Shown piece after piece: positions 14,238 through 27,833 of a DNA stretch of 64,000 nt. The notes beneath the pieces are model-generated. The model had not been told where the DNA came from. It made no database searches and saw nothing but the letters and a program-made list of their open reading frames with translations. This stretch comes from Eledone cirrhosa. Its lineage: Eukaryota. A program made the position numbers and the translations under genes. The stretch is taken from the NCBI GenBank assembly GCA_964016885.1, contig OZ024740.1, positions 352,966,001 to 353,030,000 on the forward strand, in the 5' to 3' direction. Within the stretch, counting starts at the first letter, position 1, and each line of letters starts with the position of its first letter.

Positions 14238-14729
14238 GTAAGTGAAAATTAATCTGACTCATATACAACTAGTCATATCTTTTAGTTTAACAGTTGAGCG
14301 TTTTATGGTAATTCAAAATCATAATTAGATTGATAAAAATCTTTAACGAGAAAACATTTTATAAAAATAATTTAAGATGACTCGATTTTTGAGAAAAGGC
14401 ATAGCAAAGTGAAATGTTTCTACTGGTATTAGCCACATTAGTAGAATATTAAGTTTAGCTGCAAATCGATTCACATTGGTGACATGCTAGAAGAATAAAT
14501 GGTATGACCGCAAGATCCGATTTTCCAATGTGTCTTTACCAGAAAATTAATATTGATAAAATAATTATGTCGAAGTTGATTTTTATATTCGTTGAAATAG
14601 GATCTCAGACCTATGTGTATTCAGACGTCATTTTTTTAGCAGTGCGGAATATTAATGATGAAAAAATATTCTCAATGCAATTAGCTATTCAAATTTGAGT
14701 TATGGTCTTCTATCGTATGTGACAGCAAT

Positions 14730-15240
14730 CACCTGACATCCAGATGCCAGTCACCCAGTTTCGGTCTCTTCTTGACCCAGGACTGCATCTCAGTCAAAGA
14801 GACAAACGGCGACCCCACCTGTTCACTGTTTAGGCAGAATATCCGGAGATGCCACAGCCTCAACGCACGTTTGCACATCATTAGCCACAGCATACCCAGC
14901 CCTCCACGTAGAGGGTGCTTGCAGTAGAAGGACTGCCTCACCAACGGAACCTGTCCGCTTCACAAGAAGTTGAAGAGGAGCCGTTCCAACTTGGCAAGGC
15001 GCAGACGGAGGCAAGGCACGACAGTCAGGCGGTAGTAGATGACGGACGTGATGTACACATCCACCACCTCCGCCCGATCTTTCAGTGGCAGCTACCTCGC
15101 AGCCCATTTCTGGGTGAGACTGGCGTCCCTGATCGTCACCTTGACGGACCGATCGGGAGGTCTGAAACGGTTCCATTAACTTTGACCAACGCTGTGCATT
15201 GCAGCCATCCAGCTTCTGAAGACGAGGCTGAAGTTACCGA
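14730..15240 (-). mobile_element. L1/Tx1-like LINE fragment, same family as 3500-3905
   Basis: EPFQTSRSVRQG and HPLRGGLGM motifs; internally deleted. Confidence 0.7.
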
Positions 15241-15254
15241 TGGTCGACCCTATC

Positions 15255-15420
15255 GAAATAATGTTTCTACTTTTGGCACAAGGTCAGCAATTACCTCAGT
15301 GCATTACTGGTGCTGTAAGGATGAAAGGCAAAGTTAACCTTGGCGGAATTGGAACTCATAACTCAAAGGGCCATAACTATGCTGCAAAGCATGACGTCTG
15401 ACGCTCTACTGATTTTGCCA
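15255..15420 (-). mobile_element. tRNA-derived SINE
   Basis: Reverse complement of the SINE family. Confidence 0.75.
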
Positions 15421-15519
15421 ACTATTTTCCCTTATTATATATCATATTTTTATAATTGTTTCCTTGAATTATTACCCTTTTCGCCATGTTTCCTTCATTA
15501 TTATTTCTTTACTTTGCAG

Positions 15520-15614
15520 GCAACATTTTGGCTAATGCTGGTAAATTCAATAAATTTGCTGTATCGGCTATAGTGATGGGTCTTCTCACTACACATATTG
15601 CAGTCAATATGTAA
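15520..15614 (+). CDS. terminal coding exon H (CNILANAGKFNKFAVSAIVMGLLTTHIAVNM*; GPI-signal-like)
   Basis: tttctttactttgcag| with phase-1 entry. It supplies the sixth Cys, a small-residue N-A-G site, a hydrophobic tail and TAA. Confidence 0.72.
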
Positions 15615-15708
15615 TCAATTCTAATTTTGATGTGTAGAAACTTAATTCCAGTCAATTATATTTGATATTGACCGATATTTGAAACAAAGATTAAACATAG
15701 AAATACTG

Positions 15709-15714
15709 AATAAA
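15709..15714 (+). promoter_or_regulatory. candidate polyadenylation signal of the micro-exon gene
   Basis: AATAAA about 95 nt after the stop codon, with another at 15847. The context is AT-rich, so this is weak. Confidence 0.35.
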
Positions 15715-17781
15715 TATTAATTAATTCATTTAGAAATGCATTTTGTTAGAAATATACAATTCCTTAATAACATTGATTATATCAATATTCTTCCAGTAAA
15801 AGTACCATTAAGAATAATTTGAAATGTAAGCACTTTCTTTTGCATCAATAAACAATTAAAACATATTGTTTTCTTTATTTTGTTTTAACACATTGAACAC
15901 TGCTTTTGAACTGCATGTTATAGGGCGTCTTTAAACTATGTTTGTGATGCGTTATTAAGAACCAATCGTCGACAACACGAGAGACATTTCATTGAAGTTA
16001 TAACGAAAAGAGTCAAATGCCTATTTATAACTTTTAATAATTACAGGTCGAAACATTTATAGAACTTGTTTATCACAAACAATTGTATAATTTTATTCCC
16101 TCTAAGAAAATACCTTGGTCAGTGTGGTCCTTCTTCTTTTACTTGCAGCGACAGGCTTCTGACATCCATAAATAGTTATCTTTTTTAACACTCAATTCGA
16201 TATAAACACATATTTATTGTTAGAAGGCCGAATTTATATACACAAGAGGATATAAGAAATGAAAGCAATTACTGGTCATTAAGTTGAAGCTAGGTAGATA
16301 CTGCCTAGAACAAAACAGGAAACGTTGAATATCTCAAACCGTAATAGAACAAATCCCCCCAAAGTGGTGAATACGTCTCGTTGATAAATATTTAGTTCCT
16401 TTTTACAGGAAAATGAGAATAATAGTAGGAGCTATTCCGTAGTATGTCTTCTCGTGTTGCTGGCCAGAGTCCTCTCTCTGGTGAGCTAGGAGGTTTTGCG
16501 AGGAGGAAGCGACAATCTATTCATACGCGATCTAATACGATTGGTTTGTTTAACCAAATCACATATGAAATATTGTTATTGCAAGGAATGAAGTAGTTCC
16601 GCCACAAAGTGCCTCATAAAAAAAGTTGCTTTCCGACAGATATCCAGCCAATATCAGTTTCATCCTGAACTCCTTTACTCCAAATTGTGAATATGTTAAT
16701 TAACGTTTAAACTTTTATTTAAGTGTGATTTTAATATGTACAGTACAAAAAAACAACAAAAACCAACACTATTTTAGACTAGAATTGCGCCTTATGTACA
16801 AATTAGACTGAAAAGAAGTGTTATAATCCTGCATTATCCATATATAGATTTTATGCAGTGCCTGACTTGCAGTGTGTTGTTATTTTGTTTTTGTGCTTTT
16901 GAGGGGCATTAGATTGACATATAGTTAGTAGATATTTTCAAATCTAGCACCATAGAAGCATTGCATTCCTGGCATAAAGTAACTATTTATTGTGTGGTTG
17001 AAGTCTGTTTTACCAACGTTAAAGTCGAATGTAATGTCATAGTACATGCATATAATAAGAAATGAAGGTCAGTATGTTAAATTAGATAATGAAGAAGACA
17101 ATAAAATCTTATGCTACACCTGAGTTGATTGACTGTGGCTTGTGAGGAGGACACCCAACATCGTACGCTGCAATGCTGTGGTCTGCCAAAGAATATATAC
17201 ACTGCAAATACATGGGTAACATGGCGTTTGGCTTTTCCTCTCAGGCAAATCGGAAGGCATCCTTTATATCATCAATATTTGCATATAGCCCTTTCCCAAA
17301 AGGTTTCATGAATGATACAAAACTGGTATGTAAATCTAGTCCCTATGGCTCTAAGGTTTTCTTTTCTTGCCCTACGGGTGAGTGAGAGGACGAATGGAAA
17401 TAATATTATCGATTTGGAAAAAGTAATTACAAAACTTTCTCTCTCCTCTTCACTTTCAGTAAAGGGGTTAGGCCTTGAAACGATATGTTGTACATTCCTT
17501 ACGCCAATTGGCTCAATCAAACTCTTCTATGGGGTAAAACGTGTCTATTGTTTACCGTAGACTTATTTTAAATATATCTCATTCCTCATAAATCAGTAAT
17601 AACGTAAGACAACCTTCAAGGTAGTAATAAAATATTCAATATTGAATGACTGCAAATTCACAATCTAAGCAGCAGTTAAAGAACTTTATTTGATTGAAAT
17701 TTCGATGGCTATTTCTGGAAATATTTCCAGAAATAGCCGTCGAAACAGCTTGAGCTCTGCCGCCGAGGTCATACCTTTTCC

Positions 17782-17816
<35 letters not shown>

Positions 17817-18110
17817 ATATATACGTACATACATATATGCATACAGACGTACAGTAGAATGTATATATATACATACATGCACATATATATATATATATAT
17901 ATGTACGTATGGGTTTACCGAACATTTATTATAATGTTCGGTTTGTTTGTAAACAAGAGAAATGAAATTTCATTTCATTCTTTTCCATTTATCGTTTTCG
18001 GTACGCCCGGCCGACTAACTCACTCGATATGCAAATTAGGCTGCTCAGCCGTTAATATGCATAAGGAAAGTATATACTTTCAAACGTTCAATCGACTGAC
18101 AGGAAGGTAT

Positions 18111-18153
18111 ACGGTGCTGACGATAGCTAATAAGCTTGAAACTAGTTCATCGT
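18111..18153 (+). ncRNA. minimal type-I hammerhead ribozyme motif
   Basis: acggtg-CTGACGA-t agct aata agct t-GAAA-CTAG-TT-catcgt. Confidence 0.6.
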
Positions 18154-18663
18154 TCCTTTGTCAGTGTTGAACAAAAGGGCGACGATGGTTTCCGAACACT
18201 GTACGGCTTAATTCGGGCTGTTTGTTTGTTTACAAACAAACCGAACATTATAATAAATGTTCGGTAAACCCATACATATATATATGTGTGCATGTATGTA
18301 TATATATATATACATACTTCTGTACGTCTGTATACATATATGTATGTGCGTATACATACTTATATTTAAGTATCAGCCGTACTAAGAGTGAGAAATGAAA
18401 TTTCATTTCATTCTTTTCCATTTATATATATATATATATATATACATATACATGTGTGTGTGTGAGTGTGCATATATATATATGCATGTATATATATATA
18501 CATACAAATATATATATATAAGTATATATATATATATATATGTAAGTATGTATTATGTTTACGTACAAACAGTATGTATGTATGTAAACAAACAAACAGC
18601 CCGAATTACGCCGTATAGTGTTTAGGCAACCACGTCACCTTTTTGTTCAACACTGACACAGGA

Positions 18664-18706
18664 ACGATGTACTAGTTTCAAGCTTATTAGTTATCGTCAG
18701 CATCGT
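18664..18706 (-). ncRNA. minimal type-I hammerhead ribozyme motif
   Basis: Reverse complement is acgatg-CTGACGA-taactaataagctt-GAAA-CTAG-TA-catcgt, with a perfect stem I, a GUA triplet and a weak stem II. Confidence 0.6.
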
Positions 18707-18929
18707 ATACCTTCCTGCCAGATGGTTGAACGTCTGAAAGTATATACTTTCCTTATGCATATTAACGGCTGAGCAGCCTAATTTGCATATCGAGTGAGTT
18801 CAGTCGGCTGGGCGCGTTTCATTCTATTCCATTTATCGTTTTCGGTGCGCCCAGCAATGTCTGGTATTATCTCCGACATTGGTTTTTATTTTAAATTTTA
18901 TTAGCTACTTGGTTTGAAGTAGTGGAAAG

Positions 18930-20415
18930 AGAATCTGTGGTAATGTGGACACATGGAAAAAAATCTCTGATTTCCTATTTAGCAGGCTAAGATTAGAATG
19001 AATAATAGTTCTAGACTCGAGGATGCAAAGGTTACAAAATTTGTTAGGTGGTTTATATGAAGGGGCCTTAGCTATCACTCCCCTTTCTAAGGTGTATGGT
19101 ATATTTTAATGAGTATTTGTATGTGGATAGTGAGGTTAAATTACTAAGTCTAGGGTTTCTGAACGAATGGAGGTGTGAATTATATCTGGTCTTAAAGCTA
19201 TTCGATGTTGAACCTATATAGACTTTCGAAATATGATTAGCAGTGACAGTACAGGAGTAGATAATGTCTTTAATAAGGCAGTTCTTACTTGATGGGCATG
19301 TTCTATTAGGTCTACAATCACAATTGTTTTGGTAACTAGTATATTGGTTAATGGGGTATGAATTTGAGTGGTTGTTTCTGTTAATACTTCTAGTATTAAG
19401 ATTATGGTAGGTATTATTATCATTATTATTGGTATTATTACTATTACTTACAGTATGGTCCTGTACTGGGTTATTGTTAAGGTTATTTCTATGTTGGACA
19501 TTATTAACTTGGTGTAATCTGAAGTACTTTTTAATCTTCCTCTTGTTAGGTGCTGGCTATATGGTCTGCGATGTTAGGTGTGGTGGAGTAGGAGATTTTA
19601 ATGGTATTTTTGTTAAATAGGTTGTGGTATTTTTGGTTAGTTGGGAAATTTTTGTCTAAAATAGAGAAGAAACCTTTAGGTATGTTTGTTGAGACATTTA
19701 AGTTGAACGGAGAATTAAAAAATGTGTTACTTCGTCTATTCTTCTTATGATTGTTATTTATATTATTGTTTTGTGTGGCGTTATGTACCTTATTATTTAT
19801 ATTTTTGTTTTTAACATAATTTTTCTTTCTGTGGTTTTTCTTAAGATTATTGTTGTGGTGTGAGTTAACTTTTTTGATACCCTCTGTATTGGAGTCGAGA
19901 TTTTCAATACTATGATTATATTTAATTTTATTCATGGCCATGTTGTGTGAAATTATATTAGATTGTTTATAGATAGATGACGATTTAGGTTTAAATTTAA
20001 TTTTATCTCTATGGCCCGAACGAGCTAGGGCTTCATTATAGTATTGGGAGTTACGGTTAAATGTAGTCTCGTTGTAAGAAAGACTATTAGAAATTCTATT
20101 AGATACCCCTTTAATGATTGAGGTCAATACAGATTTGGGGTGGTTAGAGTTGGTATTAACATAGAAAAGTTTTTCATTGGGTTTATGATAAGGTTTTAGA
20201 GTCTAAGTAGAGAGTAACGCCAAGGAAGTTAACAGTTTTTATCTAAAGTGATACCTAAGTTGAAGTTTTTAAATATTTTATGTAATTGTTTTCTAGTTCT
20301 TTCTATATTAAATTTTTTTAAATCTAAGAGGAAAAGTGCGTCGTCTCGATAGAGACCACCGTTAAGGTAAGGTAAATTCTTATGTATTTCATTTAAGAGA
20401 AATAAACCAACTATA
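18930..20415 (-). mobile_element. Penelope-like element (RT C-terminal half plus GIY-YIG), degenerate
   Basis: [11 protein letters not shown]-rich linker, ISYSTTPN, CLIKDIIYSCTVTANHISKVYIGSTSNSFKTRYNSH and CNLCILE. Confidence 0.88.
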
Positions 20416-20424
20416 TGTATATAT

Positions 20425-20516
<92 letters not shown>

Positions 20517-20561
20517 CTGTATGTATATATATATATATATCTGTATGTATATATATATATA

Positions 20562-20635
<74 letters not shown>
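20425..20635. repeat. (CA)n/(TA)n microsatellite between two divergent PLE fragments
   Basis: Seen directly in the sequence. Confidence 0.95.
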
Positions 20636-20638
<3 letters not shown>

Positions 20639-20639
20639 C

Positions 20640-21160
20640 ACAAGCACAACTCTACTTATAAAGGATATTCAAAGAAATATATAAAGCGTATTTATAAAGT
20701 TATAAAAAATATAAAAGCTTTTAGAGGTGTATATATCTATACCAACCTAAAAATTGCAGATTTTCTAGATATAAACCTGGATCTAAACACGGGACTACAC
20801 CGACCGTTTCATAAACCAAAAGGAGACTGCAACTACATCAACAAAGGCTCCAATCACCGACCCAACATTACGCGCCAGATAGCAAAGACCGTGAGCAGGC
20901 GAATATTCAGCCTATCTTCTAATAGACAGATATTCGATGCGGTTGCCCTTACTACAATCATGTATTTAAAAATAGTGGTTTTAGTGAGAGATTAACATAT
21001 ATCCAGCCAACGCTTACCAACAGAACACACAGAGCCAGGAAGATCATTTGGTATAGCCCTTACAGTTTCAATGTATCTACCAGCATAGCCGGGCACTTCA
21101 TTTCTCTCACAAGAAAGCATTTCCCCACCACGCACCGCTAATATAAGATCTTCAACAAGG
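20640..21160 (+). mobile_element. Penelope-like RT thumb fragment
   Basis: TNLKIADFLDINLDLNTGLHRPFHKP..YINKGSNHRPNI. Confidence 0.8.
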
Positions 21161-21174
21161 TGAGCTATTTGACA

Positions 21175-21630
21175 GCCGGAGGAGCATTCTTCTTCAGTTT
21201 GGTAGATAGGCGCGGCTATAACTATACAAAAAAGAAGTGCTGATAGTACATTCCTCTGATTAACTCCCTTCAAATCTGTTTTGATATATACTGTTGAGTT
21301 TCTTTCAGTAGGTTGATGTATTTTTTGTTAATTGAGGTTTTTTTAAGAGTTGCCACAAGCTGGGTAGTCAAAAGCTTTTGTGAAGTCAATGAAAGTGATG
21401 TGCACAGGGTTGTTGAATTCTATTGATTTATCAATGATTTGTTAAATAGCTAGGATATGCTCAATGGTGCTTCTTCCAGGTTGATATGCATCTTGTGTTT
21501 CAGGAAACGAGGCGTAAAGGTCTGACTTCACTCGTGCTACAATGATACTCATGAAAAACTTGTAAACATGACTCAATAGGCTGATAGGACGATAGTTCCC
21601 ACAATCAAGTCTGCTACCTTTTTTGTAGAG
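21175..21630 (-). mobile_element. RTE-like LINE RT fragment
   Basis: The reverse complement gives DCGNYRPISLLSHVYKFF, PGRSTIEHI, FIDFTKAFD and GVNQRNVLSALLF. Confidence 0.8.
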
Positions 21631-21639
21631 TAAAACTTG

Positions 21640-22089
21640 GGACCCATCGAGCGGAAAGCTTGCTCACCCACAAACTCTCCACCAGAATTGCGTGTGCAGA
21701 ACCCACGGAGATGTCGAGTGTGTCGGCTACTGATTCAATGGTTATTCGCCTATCCTTTTCAATTAGGTCGCGAATAGCATCAATGTTTTTCACACAAACT
21801 AACGTGGATGACTTGCTACTGCGGGAATCATCTTCAACCTCATCTTCCACCCTAGCTTCACCATGAATTCGATGTTTGTGCTGGCCTCAATTTTGATGGA
21901 GGACATGTTACTCGAACCGGTGCTGACTTCCACCTGGCGCCGCCACGTTGCAACATGCATTTAAGTGTTCATGCTAGAACATATTATGACACATTAGTAC
22001 GAGAACGTATAGGGGCATTAAGCTCAAGATCCCTGCATATGATTTTTAGGTATGTATTTTTTCTACGAACCTTTTGAAGCCCCCTCGTA
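21640..22089 (-). mobile_element. mariner transposon 5' fragment
   Basis: IRDLIEKDRRIT...SVGSAHAIL...KLSARWVP (HTH plus WVP motif). The terminus reads TACGAGGGGGCTTCAAAAGG on the minus strand. Confidence 0.85.
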
Positions 22090-22601
22090 AACCCGGCCAC
22101 CAACTTTACATATAAAATTTAGCTCGGCGCAAGTAATTGGAATTGAAAGGTTATACATACAGCTTTTAAATTAAAAACTAAAAAACCCAGCTGAGGGCAC
22201 AAATAAATTGCTACGGCCATCGCTTGTGCCCCCCCCCCACTGCAGAGGCCCGGGGTAATTGCCCACATTACCCCCCCCCCCCACTAAATTCGTTCCTGTA
22301 TTTAAGATGCCTGTGTTTAAGATGCCGTAGTATTTAATACAATCAAACGTTAACTGAATGAGAACTCCACGCTGGAGTGTAGAGCCAAGAAATATACTTC
22401 CTAAGTGGAAGCGGCAGGACACAACCATCTAATACGATGTACATTAAGAATTCAATCTGTAAACGGTAAAATGATACAGTAATATTAAAATAACTCCTTT
22501 ATCGAATTATTTCCAGGGGTTAAAAATAAACTAAATAAACGAGCATTAAGATAGTCATACATAAACATAATTGTTTTTATAAGGTAGCAGGCGGAGTAGA
22601 A

Positions 22602-22665
<64 letters not shown>

Positions 22666-22911
22666 TCTACTCCGCCTGCTATCTTATAAAAACAATTACA
22701 CTCAGTAACACTCGAGAGCGACCTGACATATATATATATCCCCCCCCCCCCTCATCCACTCTCAAGCGTGAACCTAATACCAACACTGTTCGTAACTGCA
22801 CTCCTTGCTTTTGTTTTTGGTTTTCACTTTTCCAATATATATATATATATATATATATATTAGGTATTAGGTTCACGCTTGAGAGTGGATGAGGGGGGGG
22901 GGGATATATAT

Positions 22912-23100
22912 GTCAGGTCGCTCTCGAGTGTTACTGGTAACATGTAACCCAGTTCAACCTGTCTCATGGTCGGGTCGTTAGCGACTAAACCGGCAACCCC
23001 ACCTAGCCTGCTTGGTGAGGAAGGTGATATTTGGACACCCTGCGGGATGAAATACAAGACCCGTCAAAGGGCAGAGGAACTCAGCAGAGTTTCTTTTAGC
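22912..23100 (+). repeat. dispersed repeat, second copy at about 62953-63115
   Basis: Both copies share actggtaacatgta.cccagt.caacctgtctcatggtcgggtcgtt.gcgactaaac.ggcaaccccacc. Confidence 0.75.
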
Positions 23101-23895
23101 TGATGGTTCTCGTTGTATTTTCCGTGGCAAACATTTCCTCCGAAGATATGTGTCGTCAGTTTCAAAAAGTGTAGTTGGTCCTACAAAAGACTTCATCACT
23201 TCAGACAAAACTTTGTGTGGATAGTTCAGCATTAGTTCACTTTCTCACATTTCCGCCAGTATTTTGCAGGCGGAGTCTATAGTCGATGGGGTGACAGTGA
23301 CGGGGACAGGTAGAGGATACTACTGGATGTCTCTAACTGGAGCTCTACACTATGGTGACTGTTGTGTGATGGCCGTTCTAGCACAAGCTGTCACTGGTCG
23401 GATTGAAATATCACATGAGACACCACCATCCAGAGAGCTGAGCTTCTGTTGGACACTCATACGTCGGATATCGACGAGAGAGTCCATCACCAACAGGGGT
23501 GGGATCCAGGAGAAGTGTGTGTGTGTGTGTGTGGGGGGGGGATTAAGGGTGCTGCGAACGAGGAGGCTTCGAAGGTTACAAACGCGCTTGAATGAAGAGA
23601 GGGGTGGGAGGGGAAAATGGGTAAGGTGGAGGGAACAGACTGTAGGCGGCGAAAAAATAGAGATGGAGAGAGAGAGAGGATATGTAAAATCCCGACAACG
23701 TCACCAAGCGGTTTCGGCTTGTGTGTTCAGCAAGAATTTGAAAATGTTTGCTGAACACTCAAGCCGAAACCGCTTGGCGCCGCGGTCGGGATTTTATACA
23801 TCTCTATACTCACTCTGCATCTCCCCATGTATCGAGTACATCGAGTACTCACATGATTAGTGGTATCCTCGGTCTCAACACCGCAGACACACACA

Positions 23896-24087
<192 letters not shown>

Positions 24088-24163
24088 CGAAGGAAATGTG
24101 GTAAGGAACCAGGTGGACCATAACGCACCAAAGTACTCGATACTTGAGGTAGTAGAGTGGGTA

Positions 24164-24269
24164 ATAGGAACCAGTAAGACCCCGACAGCTGAGCTCAAGC
24201 CGTTTCGACGGCTAATTCTGGACGTCGAAACGGCTTGAGCTCAGCTGTCGGGGTCTTACTGGTTCCTAT
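24164..24269. repeat. perfect 47-bp hairpin with a 12-nt loop
   Basis: 24164-24210 is the exact reverse complement of 24223-24269. Confidence 0.95.
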
Positions 24270-24429
24270 ATATATATATAGTTACACGCATATATATACC
24301 AAAAAAATAAATCTTATTATTCCACAATGCTTCAAGCAAACTTCAATACTCTCATATATATATATAAATATTTACGGAGTAAAACACACTTCAACAACAT
24401 GTGTACCTGTCTTTCCCACACCAATTCGG

Positions 24430-24484
24430 ACTGCCTGAAGAGGTCACAGCCAATGATGGCTGTCACCGAAATATATATAGCAGT
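24430..24484 (+). ncRNA. type-I hammerhead ribozyme with intact core
   Basis: actgc-CTGAAGA-ggtcacagcca atga tggctgtcacc-GAAA-tatata-TA-gcagt. Stem I is 5 bp, stem II pairs at 10 of 11 positions, and stem III is palindromic. Confidence 0.8.
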
Positions 24485-24700
24485 ATATCTATAATTTATA
24501 ATAAACGAAGCCAAATTTTACATATTTGACTTATTTATTTTACATTACTCCAGAGTAAACAAACCAACCTGCGTACTTCGTCGAGTGCCCCAATCTGCAT
24601 ACTGAGGTGTCGGTAAACAACCAACAACATATACTCAAAATTTATATATATATATATCAATGATATTAATAAATGGAAACTATATTTATAAAACCATATT

Positions 24701-24761
24701 TATTCTATTATATATATTTCAAGGGTACCAAAACTTTGGTACGTTCTCATCAGATAAAATA
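24701..24761 (-). ncRNA. type-I hammerhead ribozyme motif
   Basis: Reverse complement is tattttat-CTGATGA-gaacgtaccaaagttttggtaccctt-GAAA-tatata-TA-atagaata. Same family as 48114. Confidence 0.7.
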
Positions 24762-25639
24762 CAAAGTTTGTTTTATAAATATTGACATATCCAGGAATGA
24801 GACCTTAACGGTTCAAGTTTTATCTGGATAGTAAAGGAAAAAGGGGAAGAGAGAAAAAAAACAAATATTTCACATTATTTAGATGAATATGCAAATGAGG
24901 TTGAGGCGTAGGGCTAAAAAAAAACGTTATTTTTAGAGGCTAGGTAGATTTAAATAATTATTAGGATATATATATATGCATGTATAGGAAGAAGAAAGAG
25001 AAAGAAAGAAAAGCTTGTATTTATATTACTATAATGTACGAGAATTAAAAAGGTTGAAACGTTAAGAATTAACAGTTTGTTGGAGTGGTGGAATATGATT
25101 TCAGAATTTAAAAAATATTTAGCTAAATTATGAGTTATAATATTATATATATAATCAATTAGATTATATGAAGAATTATGGTTGTAAGTACATTATATCT
25201 TATTATATTTCAACAGGTTGTAAGTATATAAATATCTATATACATATAATATATACAGATAAGTGTATAAATATAAATATTATTGGTGATTATATAGATA
25301 TAAAACACACGTATTAATTTTTTTACATTTCTAATATGAGTTACGAAGGATGTTGATTTTACATTTTAAATATATATTTAAGAAAAAGACGTAGTTCAAA
25401 TTATAAGAGAAGAACAATTTGTAGATTCAAATATTTTCATCAAACATTGAAAATATTTTCAGAGCATTATTAATTTAGCGAAATTACATATAATTTATCA
25501 TACAAGTTATTATATCTATGTTTTCTCAATTGTAAAGGAAAAGATAAGTCCAATATTATTTGTTAAACTATTAATATTAGATTTGATGAATAATTTTCTT
25601 AGAAAATGCGGAAAGTATGTAGAGAAAATTATATATTAT

Positions 25640-27135
25640 TTTGTGACCTACAAGCTGTGGTCCAACACCGGCCAAGTCATCAGATGGTTCTCCGATCTAA
25701 GGTCCAAGGAATCTATGAGGTTCCTTCAATTTGACATTGACAGCTACTACGCTTCAATAACCCCGGCACTGCTTAACAAAGCATTAACCCTAGCCAGCAC
25801 CAACTCTGACATAACCAATAACGAGATTGACATCATACTTATGGCTAGGCAGACCATCATTGAATTCAACGGCTCATTCTGGACTAGAAAGGACAGAACA
25901 GACAACTTCGACATCACTATGGGCTCAAGCGACTCTGCGCAAAACACCGATTTAGTTGGAATCTACCTATTAGATAATATCAGAGCTGAAATACAACCCT
26001 TGCGAAATATATAGGGACGACGCCCCATTTGCAGTCCACAATTGCACTAATCGAGGCATTGACTTGCTCAAAAAACAATTACATAGATTTTTTAAAAATA
26101 ACGGCCTATCTATCACCATCGAGCCGAACCATAAAGTAGTAAACTTCCTGGACGTTACCCTAGATCTTAACAATAACTTATACTACCCTTATCATAAACC
26201 AGGTGAAATACTTACATATATTAGCCCACACTCTAACCACCTACCGCCAGTCATCAGAGCAGTAATCAAATCTATCTCGTATAGGATCTCCATGCTATCC
26301 GCAAATGAGGAGATATTTATAAACCATGCGGCATATTATAATAAGGCTCATTCTGAATCTGGTTATGAACAGTCTATTTACTACATACCTAAATGCCATA
26401 ACACAGCACTTCACCACAACCATAATAAAGTTAACACTAGAACTAGAAATACTTTAGCATATAGCCAGATTCGCCGGAATTTTAGCAGTAACAGCATCTA
26501 TACAGGGAACCTTAATGTTGGCAGAGGCCTACTTCCCACTCCAAGTAGCAGACTCAAAATCAGCCCTAGAATAGGAATGAGCAATGGGATGACAAATAAC
26601 AAATGCCCAGGTAATAATAACCCTATGAAGGCCCCTGCCAACTCCACTAGAACCCCTAGAAGGAATAGGGTTAGAAATATCACCTGGCTTAACCCCCCAC
26701 TCTCATCTAACTTAGCTACTAATATCCATAAACGCTTCTTCTCTATCCTATCTACCCCCCCCCCCCCAACCATAGATATTACAAACTCTTTAATAAAAAC
26801 AGCATTAAAATCTCATTCTCCACAACACCTAACCTAGCTAGCCACATCGCATTCAGTAACCATCATAAACTAAGACAGTATAACTCCCACACCGCAATAG
26901 ATGTTCGACATCTCTAGCTAGGCTCATTAAAAACCTTAAATTAACCAACATTGAACACTCACTAACATGGGATATCTTGGTTAGAGCCCAACCGTTCAAT
27001 GGACGAAGAAACTCTTGTGATCTCTGTCTTACCGAAGCATATTACATAACTCTATCACGACCTCTACCGATTAATGATAGAACGGAGGTAACTATTAGCT
27101 GTCAACATCGAAGGGCTAATTCCTTCGTCAACAGA
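25640..27135 (+). mobile_element. Penelope-like element (RT plus partial GIY-YIG end), frameshifted
   Basis: FLQFDIDSYYASI, FDITMGSSDSA..DLVGIYLL, IYRDD, VVNFLDVTLDL, WDILVRAQPF..CDLCLTEAL. Confidence 0.9.
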
Positions 27136-27601
27136 ATATTTGACCCAACATAGTCATCTATTGCCATTTTTGCCTATAGCTAATAAGTTAAATAGTTATA
27201 GCTAACTTAGATAATTATAAGTTACCTCCCTTACATTGTCTCTCACTTAAACTCGTTAGCACTTCTTAACTATAAACTACCCACAATTTCTAATTTCTCG
27301 AGGAGTTACTTCCCCTGAAACGACCCTCTAATTAGTAAGATAAATATGTCCTTTGGCGGCCATCTTGTTACCCATAGGCAGATCTCACATAATGCAGCCT
27401 CGACAGAAGAATATTTTGCTTAACTAATGAATATTTCCAGCTCTGTGCACCTAACCTCCGCATGAGCCCAACCACCTAGCTGCCTTCCACTGCATATTGC
27501 ACATTCAGCACATGCCTTTACGCTTTGGCTTCTAACTAATTTACCAATCTCTCTTCTCCTCTCCTATCTCCATCCCTCTCTTTAAGATTAGTTACTCTTG
27601 A

Positions 27602-27678
<77 letters not shown>

Positions 27679-27782
27679 TTGCCAGGGAACGTTTCCACGA
27701 ACCAAAGTATCGTCTTCCTGTCTTCCTCCGGTTGCAACGTTTTTCGAAATATTCACTTCTGCGTTCACAGATTGACTTTGTT

Positions 27783-27833
27783 AGTTTCAGAAGATCCTGT
27801 TAAGGGTGAAAGCAGCGATTCTTTGCTTAAACT
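27783..27833 (+). ncRNA. degenerate hammerhead motif downstream of the PLE
   Basis: agttt-CAGAAGA (mutated core)-stem II-GAAA-gca..tgc-TT-aaact. Confidence 0.45.

Larger units (their letters stand above)
17800..18850. repeat. nested inverted repeats (PLE pLTR-like) containing hammerhead motifs
   Basis: About 17990-18235 is the reverse complement of about 18585-18815, and about 17800-17960 of about 18225-18355. Confidence 0.8.

Noticed and set aside
15924-16062. Open frame after a tag acceptor (ASLNYVCDALL...)
   Set aside because: Its phase does not fit exon G, and it lies beyond the stop codon and AATAAA of the better terminal exon.
16380-17560. Slightly more complex sequence with several short ORFs on both strands
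   Set aside because: No recognisable motif or consistent splice phases. Probably an old transposon remnant that I cannot classify.
23264-23860. 198-aa plus-strand ORF
   Set aside because: It is made of repeat fragments, a (TG)n run, a purine tract and a hairpin, with no domain signature.
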